From Demequinaceae bacterium (GTDB lineage Bacteria > Actinomycetota > Actinomycetes > Actinomycetales > Demequinaceae): DNA of 32,000 nt. Both the position numbers and the translations under genes were made by a program. The stretch covers positions 360,001 to 392,000 of the forward strand of contig OZ252279.1 of NCBI GenBank assembly GCA_965250005.1, given 5' to 3'. This document shows, one piece after another, positions 9,863 through 19,024 of this stretch. How positions within the stretch are numbered: position 1 is the first letter of the stretch; each line of letters opens with the position of its first letter. Below the pieces are notes generated by a model. The model was not told the origin of the DNA, searched no databases, and saw only the letters and a list, made by a program, of their open reading frames with translations.

Positions 9863-10275
9863 CCGAGAAGAAGAGCAAGGTGCCAGCCAAGAAGGCGCCA
9901 GCAGGCAAGGCCGCGACGGCGAAGGCCACGACGGCGGCGGCGGAGCCCGCAGTCAAGGAGTCCCCGCCCTCGAACGCGGCAGACGTCGAAGAGGCGCTCC
10001 GGGACGTCATCGACCCGGAGTTGGGGATCAATGTGGTCGACCTGGGGCTGGTCTACGGTGTCTCGCTGGATTCGAACCAGCATGCCGTTATCGACATGAC
10101 GCTTACGTCAGCGGCGTGCCCGTTGACAGATGTGCTTGAGGACCAGACTGGGCAAGCCCTGGACGGTATTGTCGACGGCTATCGCATCAACTGGGTGTGG
10201 ATGCCGCCGTGGGGTCCGGACAAGATCACCGCGGACGGGCAAGAGCAATTGCGCGCTCTCGGATTTAACGTCTAG
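9859..10275 (+). CDS. Metal-sulfur cluster assembly factor (MIP18/DUF59, PaaD/SufT-like) with a Lys/Ala-rich N-terminal tail
   Basis: VEEALRDVIDPELGINVVDLGLVYGV...MTLTSAACPLTDVLEDQ. ATG at 9859 overlaps the sufU stop. Confidence 0.93.
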   Translation: MTEKKSKVPAKKAPAGKAATAKATTAAAEPAVKESPPSNAADVEEALRDVIDPELGINVVDLGLVYGVSLDSNQHAVIDMTLTSAACPLTDVLEDQTGQALDGIVDGYRINWVWMPPWGPDKITADGQEQLRALGFNV

Positions 10276-10303
10276 CGGCGCTCTTCACCTAGCGTCTGGC
10301 GCC

Positions 10304-11215
10304 CTAGAACCCTGCGGGGCGGTCAACCACGTCAAACAGGTCGCACGCGGCCGGAGAGCCGTGCGTGTAGCCGTCTGTGAAAGCGTCGACGCGTTGCTCT
10401 GAGGTTCCGTGGGTGTACGTGTGTGGGTCCGCGTGTCCCTGAAGTTTTTCCTGAATGCGGTCGTCGCCCACTGCCGCCGCTGCGGACAACGCCGAATTGA
10501 TCTGCGCTTGAGTGATGGGTTGCAGGATAGGCTGCCCGTCTTCGTCCTTCGTGTTCGCTGCGTGGTGGGTCCACACGCCAGCGAGGCAGTCAGCCATGAG
10601 CTCCACCTTGACGGTGTCAGAGTTGACGCCCGTCTGGCTGCGGTCGGCGACGTTGAAGACGCCAATCTCGTTCTGGATGTGGTGGCCGTACTCGTGTGCG
10701 ACCACGTAGATCTGGGCGAGGGGGCCGTCAGACGAGCCGAACTGATCCACGAGCACATCAAAGAACGCGGGGTCAATGTAGATGGTCTGGTCGCCGGGGC
10801 AGTAGAACGGGCCCGTCTGTGTGGAGGCGCTTCCGCATGCGGTCGAGGTCAAACCGTCGAAGATGACACCGCCCGGGTAGTCGAAGTTTGCTCCTAGCGC
10901 GGGGGCAGCGGACTCCCAATAGTCGTCCAGGGCGCCAATCGTGTAGAGGATGCGGCAATCGGTGTATTCGTTGGCTGCTTCTCCGGCGTCACAGCGTTCG
11001 TTGAATTCCGCCTGGATTTCCGGGTCAGAAGCCTCGACGGTTGTCCCCGTCGCTCCGGTAGAGAAGTCGCCAAGGTTGAGGCCGAGGAACATCGCGAGGG
11101 CTAGCAGCAAGAGGCCGCCGAATCCGCCGCCGACAGCCATTCCTCCGCTGCCCGCGCTACGTCCGCGCCGCTGGACGCGATTCGGGTTGATCCGCGCCGT
11201 CTTGTTGAACGTCAT
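10304..11215 (-). CDS. Neutral zinc metallopeptidase (YpfJ/KPN_02809-like)
   Basis: 303 aa; one N-terminal TM (GGLLLLALAMFLGLNLG), QTIYIDPAFFDVL and the HEXXH-like motif VAHEYGHHIQN, then ELMADCLAGVWTHHA. GGAGG RBS upstream of ATG 11215. Confidence 0.93.
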   Translation of the reverse strand: MTFNKTARINPNRVQRRGRSAGSGGMAVGGGFGGLLLLALAMFLGLNLGDFSTGATGTTVEASDPEIQAEFNERCDAGEAANEYTDCRILYTIGALDDYWESAAPALGANFDYPGGVIFDGLTSTACGSASTQTGPFYCPGDQTIYIDPAFFDVLVDQFGSSDGPLAQIYVVAHEYGHHIQNEIGVFNVADRSQTGVNSDTVKVELMADCLAGVWTHHAANTKDEDGQPILQPITQAQINSALSAAAAVGDDRIQEKLQGHADPHTYTHGTSEQRVDAFTDGYTHGSPAACDLFDVVDRPAGF

Positions 11216-11244
11216 TGCTACCTCCGCGATGGTGACGTCTCACG

Positions 11245-11871
11245 TTACCGCGTGCCCGTCGTCGTCGCTTCATCTGCGAGGCCGCGCGCTGTTATGGCAT
11301 CGCCGACGCGCAAGGCGTATGCCACCGTGCGGACGCCCGTGGGAAGCAGAATCGCGCGTGGATCTCGCCCGAGACCTCTGGCCCGCGCCGCCGTCCTCGA
11401 CTCGTCAAGGATTCGCGTTGCCTCCGGCACGCTACGGATCATAAGGCTGACGAGCAGCCCAATGGCCTCGGTAGGAATCCACCGCGAAAAAGGGCGGGCA
11501 ACAAAGCTCACGAAGCCGAGCATTGCCTCCATCGACGTCGATGACGTGACTGCGAGTGCAATCAGAATGAGCGCCATGAGATTGAGCGCGATCTCCAGCC
11601 CGCGCAGGGGATCCCCGCGCCACCAGTGAAAGATCGAGCCAAGCGCCGCCATCACCGAGAAGAAGGCGACACCGCGCAGCGTGGCGCGCGGCGGCGGGAG
11701 TGTCGACACCAAGAGCACCACACCACCTGCGACGGCGGCCGCAGACCAGCGCCAATTATGGATGCTCATGATGGTCACGGCGCTGGCGACGAGCGCGAGC
11801 ACCTTGATCCACGCGGGCAGCAAGTGGAGAGGGGTACCGCGAGGGCGGTACAGCCCGAGCATGTTTGTCAT
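11245..11871 (-). CDS. bioN: Energy-coupling factor transporter transmembrane protein (EcfT/BioN)
   Basis: Multi-TM protein with GLGRDPRAILLPTGVRTVAYALRVGDAITARGL. Adjacent to the ATPase gene and bioY. Confidence 0.85.
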   Translation of the reverse strand: MTNMLGLYRPRGTPLHLLPAWIKVLALVASAVTIMSIHNWRWSAAAVAGGVVLLVSTLPPPRATLRGVAFFSVMAALGSIFHWWRGDPLRGLEIALNLMALILIALAVTSSTSMEAMLGFVSFVARPFSRWIPTEAIGLLVSLMIRSVPEATRILDESRTAARARGLGRDPRAILLPTGVRTVAYALRVGDAITARGLADEATTTGTR

Positions 11872-12572
11872 GGCGTTACGCCGTGGGCCGAGCGCCGCTT
11901 CATGAGCTTTCGGTAGTGCGCCACGGCGCGCGCGGGGATGCCATCAAAGACGACGTCAGCGTCGTCAATGACCACACACCGATCCGCGCGAGCGGCGGCA
12001 TCGAGGTCGTGTGTGAGCTCAATGACCTGCTGAGGAAGTCCCGCGAGAAGACCGTCAACGTGCTGGCGCCAGTGCAGGTCGAGAAGGGTAGTCGGCTCGT
12101 CGGCGACAATGATCGTGGGTTCGACTGCTAGTAAGCCAGCGAGCGCGAGCAGTTGTTTCTGCCCGCCTGAGAGCGCGTGCACGGGTACGTGCGCATGGTC
12201 GGTAAGCCCCATTTTCGCGAGCAGTGCTGCAGCCGCTTCGGCCCGTGCGGCTTTGTCCGCGAGGACGCGGCGCAGCGAGAGCGTCACGTCTTCGATCGCG
12301 GTCGGCATGATGAGCTGTGCGTTCGGGTCAGTAAAGAGGAATCCCACGTCGCGACGGACGTGGGCTACGTCCTTGCGCGTGTCGTGGCCGTTGACGGACA
12401 CTGTCCCCTCGTGGGGCGCAATGAGACCGTTGATAAGGCGGGCGAGCGTGGACTTCCCGGAGCCGTTCGCGCCAATAATGCTGACCCGGTGCTCGTCGAG
12501 CGTGAGAGTGATCGGTTCGAGAAGGCGGACGTCGCCGGGTGCGACGACGCCCGCTCCTTGAAACTCGATCAT
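11868..12572 (-). CDS. bioM: Energy-coupling factor transporter ATPase (BioM/EcfA-like)
   Basis: Walker A GANGSGKSTLARLI, Q-loop LFTDPNAQLIMPTAIEDV, signature ALSGGQKQLLALAG, Walker B IIVADEPTTLLD. Confidence 0.88.
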   Translation of the reverse strand: MIEFQGAGVVAPGDVRLLEPITLTLDEHRVSIIGANGSGKSTLARLINGLIAPHEGTVSVNGHDTRKDVAHVRRDVGFLFTDPNAQLIMPTAIEDVTLSLRRVLADKAARAEAAAALLAKMGLTDHAHVPVHALSGGQKQLLALAGLLAVEPTIIVADEPTTLLDLHWRQHVDGLLAGLPQQVIELTHDLDAAARADRCVVIDDADVVFDGIPARAVAHYRKLMKRRSAHGVTP

Positions 12573-12581
12573 GTGACCAGG

Positions 12582-13292
12582 CTAAGACTTCTTAGCGGGA
12601 ACTTTCTTGGTGGCTGGCTTCTTCGCTGCCGTCGCCTTCTTGGCCGCGGTGGCGTTGGTGGCGGGCGCCGCTGCCCTGGAGACAAAGTACGGGTCACCGG
12701 GAGCGAGGAGTTGTGGAAACGCGCGGAGCACGTAGACCGCGATCCCTGCAGCGGCGAGGACCTTGAGCAGGTCGCCAACGACGAAGGGGGTAAGTCCCCA
12801 CACGATAGCGGTTGCTCCGCCTTCTTCAGCGGCCGTGAGAACGGGAATGCCCAGGGAGTGTGCGAGCCACGGCACGCCGATCGCATAGATGATCGGAAGT
12901 GATACGACGCCGGCGCCTACGAGACCGGCATACGCGCCGACGCCGTTGGCCTGGCGCGTGACGCGCTCGGCAAGCCAGCCCACCACGAATGCGGCGACGG
13001 GGAAAGCCCAGAGGTAACCACCGGAAGGACCTGCGAACACTTCGGTTCCGAATCCAGCGTTGGCGTAGATGGGGGCGCCAGCTAGTCCGGCCACCAGATA
13101 GAGCGCGACAGCTGCGGCGCCACGCCAGGCGCCTAGCACCAGGCCGGCGAGAACGACGGTGAGCGTCTGGAGAGTTAGCGGCACGCCGGTGGCGAGAGTG
13201 AATTCTGGCGGGACAGTGCTGAGGGCGATGACAGCCGCGAAAACTGCGACGAGCGCGAGGTTCGGGCCCGAGAACTTTGGTATGAGGGGCAT
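12582..13292 (-). CDS. bioY: Biotin transporter substrate-specificity component BioY with a Lys/Ala-rich C-terminal tail
   Basis: TGVPLTLQTLTVVLAGLVLGAWRGAAAVALYLVAGLAGAPIYANAGFG...GPSGGYLWAFPVAAFVVGWLAER. ATG at 13292 (MPLIPKFSG). Confidence 0.92.
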   Translation of the reverse strand: MPLIPKFSGPNLALVAVFAAVIALSTVPPEFTLATGVPLTLQTLTVVLAGLVLGAWRGAAAVALYLVAGLAGAPIYANAGFGTEVFAGPSGGYLWAFPVAAFVVGWLAERVTRQANGVGAYAGLVGAGVVSLPIIYAIGVPWLAHSLGIPVLTAAEEGGATAIVWGLTPFVVGDLLKVLAAAGIAVYVLRAFPQLLAPGDPYFVSRAAAPATNATAAKKATAAKKPATKKVPAKKS

Positions 13293-13417
13293 GCTTCTCC
13301 TTGGATTGACTGGTACGGCAAGAAACCTACCGGCCCTACAATGGTTCGCGGCCACTTTGGCCACGACAGCGCGATTTTTTGTGGGAATCCTACAACCGCG
13401 CCCTAGAAGGAGATCCC

Positions 13418-15016
13418 TTGATTATCGCCCACGACGTCGAAGTGCGCATCGGCGCTCGGACGCTGCTGAAGCCATCAAGCTTCCAAGTTGCTCCCAACGA
13501 CCGTGTCGGACTCGTGGGACGAAACGGCGCCGGGAAGACTACGCTGACCAAGATTCTCGCAACCGAGCGGCAGGCAACGTCGGGCCGTGTCGACCAGAAG
13601 GGCGAGGTTGGCTACCTCCCCCAGGACCCCCGCACCGGCGACCTAGAGGTGGTCGCGATGGATCGCATCCTGTCCGCTCGCGGCCTCGATGCCGCGGTAC
13701 GCAAAATGCGCGCCGCCGAAGAGGCGATGGCGGGAGATGACGAGGGCGCGCGAGACAAAGCAATGGAGCGTTACCCCCGGCTCGAAGAGAACTTCAGGAA
13801 CAATGGCGGGTACGCGGCGGAATCTGAGGCAGCCCGCATCGCCTCCAACCTCGGGATCGAGACAGCCACCCTCAAGCAGCCGCTGGGCACGCTCTCCGGC
13901 GGACAGCGCCGCCGAGTCGAGCTCGCGCGCATCCTGTTCAGCGGCGCCGAGACGCTGCTGCTCGACGAGCCAACCAACCACCTCGACGCCGACTCGATCG
14001 TATGGCTGCGGGAATTCCTGCGCACGTACTCCGGTGGCCTCGTGGTTATTTCGCACGACGCTGATTTGCTGCGCGTGTGTGTGAACCGCATTTTCCACCT
14101 CGACGCCAACCGTGGCGTGCTCGACCAGTACAACCTTGGCTGGGACGCCTATCTCAAGCAGCGCGAGGACGACGAGCGTCGGCGCAAACGTGAGCGAGAC
14201 GGAGCTGAGCGCAAGGCAGAAACGCTCATCGCCCAAGCGAACAAGATGCGCGCCAAGGCATCCAAGGCCTCGGCAGCACAGAGCATGCTCAAGCGTGCCG
14301 AAAAGATGGTCGCAGACCTGGACGACGTGCGCGTCAGCGACCGCGTTGCGAATCTGCGGTTTCCCACGCCAGCGCCCTGTGGAAAGACGCCGCTACGCGC
14401 GTCTGCCCTTAGCAAGTCGTATGGGTCCCTCGAAGTGTTCACGGACGTGGATCTGGCAATCGACAAGGGCTCGCGCGTAGTGGTGCTGGGGCTCAACGGC
14501 GCGGGCAAGACCACGCTGCTGCGCCTGCTTGCCGGCGTGGAAGCGAGCGACACCGGCGAAGTCGAGCCGGGCCACGGGCTCAAAATGGGCTATTACGCCC
14601 AAGAGCACGAGACTCTCGACACCGAGCAGACCGTGCTGGAGAACATGAGACACGCCGCTCCCGACTTGGACGACACGGAAGTGCGCAACGTGCTTGGATC
14701 GTTCCTTTTCCAAGGAGACGACGCGCACAAGAAGGCGGCCGTGCTCTCTGGCGGCGAGAAGACTCGCTTGGCGCTGGCGACCCTGGTGGTCTCGCAGGCG
14801 AACGTGTTGCTCCTTGACGAGCCGACCAACAACCTCGACCCCGCGTCGCGCGCCGAAATCCTGCGCGCGCTGCACACCTACGAAGGCGCTGTCGTGCTTG
14901 TCACGCACGATATCGGCGCCGTCGATGCGCTCGACCCCGAGCGGGTGCTCCTGCTTCCCGACGCCGCTGAGGACCTCTGGAATGACACGTACCGCGACAT
15001 CATCGCGCTCGCGTAG
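13418..15016 (+). CDS. ABC-F family ATP-binding protein (duplicated ATPase domains, no TM)
   Basis: Two Walker A motifs (GRNGAGKTTLTK, GLNGAGKTTLLR), two signatures (TLSGGQRRRVELAR, VLSGGEKTRLALA) and two Walker B motifs (LLLDEPTNHLD, LLLDEPTNNLD). TTG start after an AGAAGGAG RBS. Confidence 0.95.
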   Translation: MIIAHDVEVRIGARTLLKPSSFQVAPNDRVGLVGRNGAGKTTLTKILATERQATSGRVDQKGEVGYLPQDPRTGDLEVVAMDRILSARGLDAAVRKMRAAEEAMAGDDEGARDKAMERYPRLEENFRNNGGYAAESEAARIASNLGIETATLKQPLGTLSGGQRRRVELARILFSGAETLLLDEPTNHLDADSIVWLREFLRTYSGGLVVISHDADLLRVCVNRIFHLDANRGVLDQYNLGWDAYLKQREDDERRRKRERDGAERKAETLIAQANKMRAKASKASAAQSMLKRAEKMVADLDDVRVSDRVANLRFPTPAPCGKTPLRASALSKSYGSLEVFTDVDLAIDKGSRVVVLGLNGAGKTTLLRLLAGVEASDTGEVEPGHGLKMGYYAQEHETLDTEQTVLENMRHAAPDLDDTEVRNVLGSFLFQGDDAHKKAAVLSGGEKTRLALATLVVSQANVLLLDEPTNNLDPASRAEILRALHTYEGAVVLVTHDIGAVDALDPERVLLLPDAAEDLWNDTYRDIIALA

Positions 15017-15026
15017 CCGTGGAAGC

Positions 15027-15836
15027 CTAGAGCGCGTCTTCGATCTCTTCATCTGACAGCCGGCCGGAGGCATTCGACCGCTTGGCGTTGGCGCGCGACT
15101 TGCTGGGCGCGACACTCGGGTCGGCGCGATCGCGCCGCAACAGGAGCACCGCGCCAATGGGCGCGAGCGCTGCGAACACGTACCACTGGAACGCGTATGC
15201 GAGGTGAGGGCCCTTGGTAAGGTGCGGGGGAGGCACGGGCTCTCCACGCCAATCGAGGCAACCACTTTCCGCGCACGTGCCCGTGAGCATCCCGTAGGCA
15301 GAGATCGGCCGGCCACGGGGCTCCACGACCTGATCAAGGGCGATGCGGGAAATGCTGGTCCCGGCGTCTTTGCCGTCGTCCTGTTCGAGCGCGCGCAGTA
15401 GGACGGTGATGGTGCCGTCGGTCGACGCGCTTGCCGTGAGCGCCGACGGCGCTGCGTTGACAGGATCCCACCCCGCGAGAACCAGAAGAGAGCGTCCGTC
15501 GAGCGCTTCGAACCACACGACGTATTCGGACGCGCGCACGCCGTTCACGGATCGATTCCTCAGAGTCGTCTCCGAGCCCTCGTCGAACGCCCCCGAGACT
15601 GTAACGAGCCGCCATTCCGCCTCTTCGCTGATGACGAGTGCGCCGTCCGCGAATAGCTCGGAAATGGGTACAGCCGCAAACTGCCGAGCCGCGGCAAAGC
15701 TGTCCACGGCATCGGCGCGAGCCTCGTACCGGCCCCACTGCCAGCGTCCGGCGACCACGGAGACCGCGAGAATAACTAGCGCGATGAGCGCGACCGCGAT
15801 CAGGCGTCGCGCGGACGTGGCGTTCGCGGAGTTCAT
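15027..15836 (-). CDS. SURF1 family cytochrome oxidase biogenesis protein
   Basis: N-terminal TM then GRWQWGRYEARADAV...SALTASASTDGTITVLLRALE...KGPHLAYAFQWYVFAALAPIGAVLLLRR; terminal helix and YAFQW motif typical of SURF1. Confidence 0.92.
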   Translation of the reverse strand: MNSANATSARRLIAVALIALVILAVSVVAGRWQWGRYEARADAVDSFAAARQFAAVPISELFADGALVISEEAEWRLVTVSGAFDEGSETTLRNRSVNGVRASEYVVWFEALDGRSLLVLAGWDPVNAAPSALTASASTDGTITVLLRALEQDDGKDAGTSISRIALDQVVEPRGRPISAYGMLTGTCAESGCLDWRGEPVPPPHLTKGPHLAYAFQWYVFAALAPIGAVLLLRRDRADPSVAPSKSRANAKRSNASGRLSDEEIEDAL

Positions 15837-16144
15837 AGGTCGTGGCTAGGCTTCGGCTCCCTCAGGGCCTGCGACTCTTGGTTCAGGGAGGTCGCCAGCC
15901 ATCAAGAGGAAGCGTTCGGGCGGCAGGGTATTGGTGGCCGAATGGCCAGCAGGGGTCAAGCCGGGGGATGTCACGCGACACTTCCTTTCGCACGGGGCGC
16001 ACGTGGGGTTTACGACTAGCGACACAGTACCAAGAGGCGCTCCCGGAGCTACACGCCAAACGTCGGAATCGTTGGATACGTCGGCGGGACGGACCGGGGC
16101 ACGCGAAGTACACGGGGCGCGGATAGTCCGCTACCGTCGTACAC

Positions 16145-16849
16145 ATGTCACGTCACGTACTCGTCACAGGAGCCAATCGCGGTATCGGGATGGCCATTGC
16201 AGAGCGCTTCGTTGCCGCTGGAGACAAGGTTTCGACCATTTATCGTTCCGGCGATCTGCCACCTGGCGTTGACGGCGTTGTGGGTGACGTGCGCGACACC
16301 GACTCGGTCAACAAGGCGTTCGATGAACTCGAGGAGCGACACGGGCCCGTTGAGGTTCTCGTCGCGAATGCTGGAGTGACGCGCGATGGTTTGCTCATGC
16401 GTATGACGGACGAGGACTTCCAAGATGTGATTGACGTCAACTTGACTGGTGTATTCCGGTGCGTTCGTCGCGCGGTGCAGACCATGATGCGCAAGAAGCA
16501 AGGGCGAGTGATTCTTATCGGTTCGGTGGTCGGCCTCTACGGCAATGCCGGCCAGGTGAACTACACGTCGTCGAAGGCGGGGCTCGTAGGAATGGCGCGG
16601 TCCGTCGCGCGCGAAGTCGGATCGCGAGGTATTACCGCGAACGTCATTGCGCCGGGCTTCATCAACACGGCGATGACAGCGGAACTGAGCGAGGATCTTC
16701 AGAAGCAGTACTCAGCCAACATCCCGGCAAAGCGTTTTGGCGAGGCTGACGAGGTTGCGGGAGCGGCCCTTTTTCTGGCGTCGACGGACGCCGCATACAT
16801 CTCTGGCGCCGTGATTCCGGTTGACGGCGGTCTCGGAATGGGCCACTAG
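16145..16849 (+). CDS. fabG: 3-oxoacyl-ACP reductase (MabA/FabG)
   Basis: VLVTGANRGIGMAIAERF, NAGVTRDGLLMRM, YTSSKAGLVGMARSVAREVGSRGITANVIAPGFINTAMT: SDR signatures. Confidence 0.95.
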   Translation: MSRHVLVTGANRGIGMAIAERFVAAGDKVSTIYRSGDLPPGVDGVVGDVRDTDSVNKAFDELEERHGPVEVLVANAGVTRDGLLMRMTDEDFQDVIDVNLTGVFRCVRRAVQTMMRKKQGRVILIGSVVGLYGNAGQVNYTSSKAGLVGMARSVAREVGSRGITANVIAPGFINTAMTAELSEDLQKQYSANIPAKRFGEADEVAGAALFLASTDAAYISGAVIPVDGGLGMGH

Positions 16850-16895
16850 GCGCCGTCGCAGACGCACACTACGCTTCATCGAAGGAGGACTACTC

Positions 16896-17663
16896 ATGGG
16901 CATACTTGAAGGCAAGAACATCCTGGTAACTGGGGTGCTGACTGAAACCTCGATCGCATTCCATGTCGCGAGACTCTGTCAAGAGCAGGGCTCGACCGTG
17001 GTGCTGACTGGCATGGGCAAGACGCTGAAGATCACCCAGAGCATGGGCCGGCGGCTGCCGTCGGAGGCGCTCGTGGTGGAACTGGACGTGACGAACGGCG
17101 AACAGATAGCCGGCCTCGCTGAGCAGGTTTCGCAGCACGTCCCTCACCTCGACGGCGTCGTTCACTCGATCGGCTTCGCGCCGCAATCGGTCATGGGTGG
17201 CAACTTCTTGGCGGGCGAGTGGGAGGACGTCTCCACAGCTCTGCACATTTCGGCCTACTCGCTAAAGGCTCTCGCCGTTGCGGCCGCGCCGCTCATGTCA
17301 GACGGCGGCTCGATTGTTGGACTCACCTTTGACGGCCGCTATGCGTGGCCGGTGTACGACTGGATGGGCGTCGCTAAGGCTGCGTTCGAAGCGACCTCGC
17401 GCTATGTTGCGCGCGACTTGGGCGAACAGAAGATCCGCTGCAACTTGGTCTCTGCCGGCCCCATTAAGACCACCGCCGCCAAGCACATTCCGGGCTTCGA
17501 CCAGATGGAGAGCAAGTGGAGTGACCGCGCGCCCCTTGGCTGGAACTCGGACGACCCGGAGCCCACAGCGCGTGCTGTGACTGCGCTCCTTAGCGATTGG
17601 TTCCCCGCCACCACTGGCGAGATAGTTCACGTCGACGGTGGCGTGCACGCGATGGGCCAGTAG
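16896..17663 (+). CDS. fabI: Enoyl-ACP reductase [NADH] (InhA/FabI)
   Basis: MGILEGKNILVTGVLTETSIAFHVARLCQEQG...GVVHSIGFAPQS...YAWPVYDWMGVAKAAFEATSRYVARDLG. ATG at 16896 with a GGAGG RBS. Confidence 0.96.
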   Translation: MGILEGKNILVTGVLTETSIAFHVARLCQEQGSTVVLTGMGKTLKITQSMGRRLPSEALVVELDVTNGEQIAGLAEQVSQHVPHLDGVVHSIGFAPQSVMGGNFLAGEWEDVSTALHISAYSLKALAVAAAPLMSDGGSIVGLTFDGRYAWPVYDWMGVAKAAFEATSRYVARDLGEQKIRCNLVSAGPIKTTAAKHIPGFDQMESKWSDRAPLGWNSDDPEPTARAVTALLSDWFPATTGEIVHVDGGVHAMGQ

Positions 17664-17668
17664 AGCCC

Positions 17669-18184
17669 ATGCGTATTTTGGTGCTCGCCAGGCACGCCAA
17701 GGCGGAGCACATCGTTGACCAGCAGAGCGACCATTCGCGCCCGCTCGCACTGCGCGGACGCGGCGATGCCAAGAAGCTAGGCGAGGCGCTCACCGCGCAC
17801 GGAATTGAGCCCGACGTCGCGTTCGTCTCGGACTCGGTGAGAACGCAGCAGACCTGGAAACTGGCGTCGCAGAACTGGGAAGACGTTGAGGTGGCGCACC
17901 TCGCTGAACTTTACGACACGACTGTCGACACCCTTCTGGGAGTGCTCGGAGCAACGCCCGCAGGGGCGCAGAATGTGCTCGTCGTGGGTCACGAGCCGAC
18001 CATGTCGGCCGCCGCTAGTGTGCTCGCTGGCCCGGGATCGGACAAGGCCGCACTTCAACGGGTCGCGTTGGGCCTTTCGACCGGGGTGGCGGCGGTGTTC
18101 GAACTCGATGGTGAGTGGTCTGAGTTAGAAGCGAGTTCGGCCCGCCTGCGCGCGGTTGTCGGTCGCCATGACTCGTGGTCCTGA
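17669..18184 (+). CDS. Histidine phosphatase family protein (SixA-like)
   Basis: MRILVLARHAKAEH...HSRPLALRGRGDAKKLGEALTAHGIEPDVAFVSDSVRTQQTW...VLVVGHEPTMSA: RHG and GHE motifs. Confidence 0.93.
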   Translation: MRILVLARHAKAEHIVDQQSDHSRPLALRGRGDAKKLGEALTAHGIEPDVAFVSDSVRTQQTWKLASQNWEDVEVAHLAELYDTTVDTLLGVLGATPAGAQNVLVVGHEPTMSAAASVLAGPGSDKAALQRVALGLSTGVAAVFELDGEWSELEASSARLRAVVGRHDSWS

Positions 18185-19020
18185 CGGGCTAAACGAACGG
18201 CTCTGGACGGCGCTCCTCGCACTCCAGCGCCAGAACTGGGAACACGGAGTGGCGTCGCATGCCGCGATCGACACCGGTCGCCTTGACCTGGCGCGACTCC
18301 TCGGGAGCGATGCGATCACGCGCCAGGACGCTGACGGGATGCTTGGCGCGAACGGTGACCCTGAACTTGTGAGTTCCGGTGCGATTGGAGAGGCCGTCGC
18401 CCTGCTCGTTCTCGACGGAGATACCCAAGCGGCCGGGGCCCTTGGCCGTCAGCGGCAGCGGTTGCTCACGAGTTGCCCCCGGGGGGCGAACGGCGCGCTC
18501 CATCACCTTAGATCACCTTAGCGGCAAGCCAAAGGCGTGGGTCGGCACCATCTACATGGTGATCCCATTCCTCGTACTAGTGGGCGAGGGCGAGGCCGCT
18601 GCGCAGCAGTACACCGCCAACCCTGCGGTACTTCGCCATGGGGCCAACGCCTTGTGGGGGCACATGTATGACCTCGACAGCGACGCGTGGGTGCGAGAGG
18701 AACGGTGGGCGACTGGCAACGGCTGGGTGGTTGCGGGGCTGTCGCGCGCGCTCGGTCTGGATGCCGGCGCCCTTGCTCCCGAGGTGCGTACGCTTTGACA
18801 GGCGGACTCGGAGGCGATTCTCGAGTCAGCTCTCGACTTCGAGCGCTCCGATGGCCGGTTCCACGATGTCATGGAAGGCCCAACGACGTTCGTTGACGGG
18901 GCTGCCGGTCTCATGCTCGCGTACGGTGCATTCACCGGAGTAGCCGATGGCTGGTTGTCGTCCTCGTGGGCTGCGGCGGCCGAACGATGGATGGGCGACA
19001 CGACGGCTCCCCTAGACTGG
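18168..19020 (+). pseudogene. Disrupted glycoside hydrolase-like gene (GH88/GH105 six-hairpin type)
   Basis: Frame 3 (MTRGPDGLNERLWTALLALQRQNWEHGVASHAAIDTG...CPRGANGALHH) continues only in frame 1 (LSGKPKAWVGTIYMVIPFLVLVGEG...WATGNGWVVAGLSRALG) after removal of one copy of a 10-bp tandem duplication. Frame 1 then hits TGA at 18796-18798 and resumes (QADSEAILESALDFERSDGRFHDVMEGPTTFVDGAAGLMLAYGAF). The 3' boundary is approximate. Confidence 0.8.
18502..18521. repeat. 10-bp perfect tandem duplication (ATCACCTTAG x2) causing a frameshift
   Basis: Read directly: c-atcaccttag-atcaccttag-cgg; copies at 18502-18511 and 18512-18521. Confidence 0.97.
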
Positions 19021-19024
19021 TCGC

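Noticed and set aside
9859-9975. AAG/GCC-rich stretch considered as a possible repeat array or regulatory RNA
   Set aside because: It is in-frame coding sequence for the Lys/Ala-rich N-terminus, with no regular nucleotide unit.
18379-18798. 139-aa plus-strand ORF treated as a separate gene
   Set aside because: The first residues are out-of-frame noise. The region from LSGKPKAWVG onward is the continuation of the frame interrupted by the 10-bp duplication.
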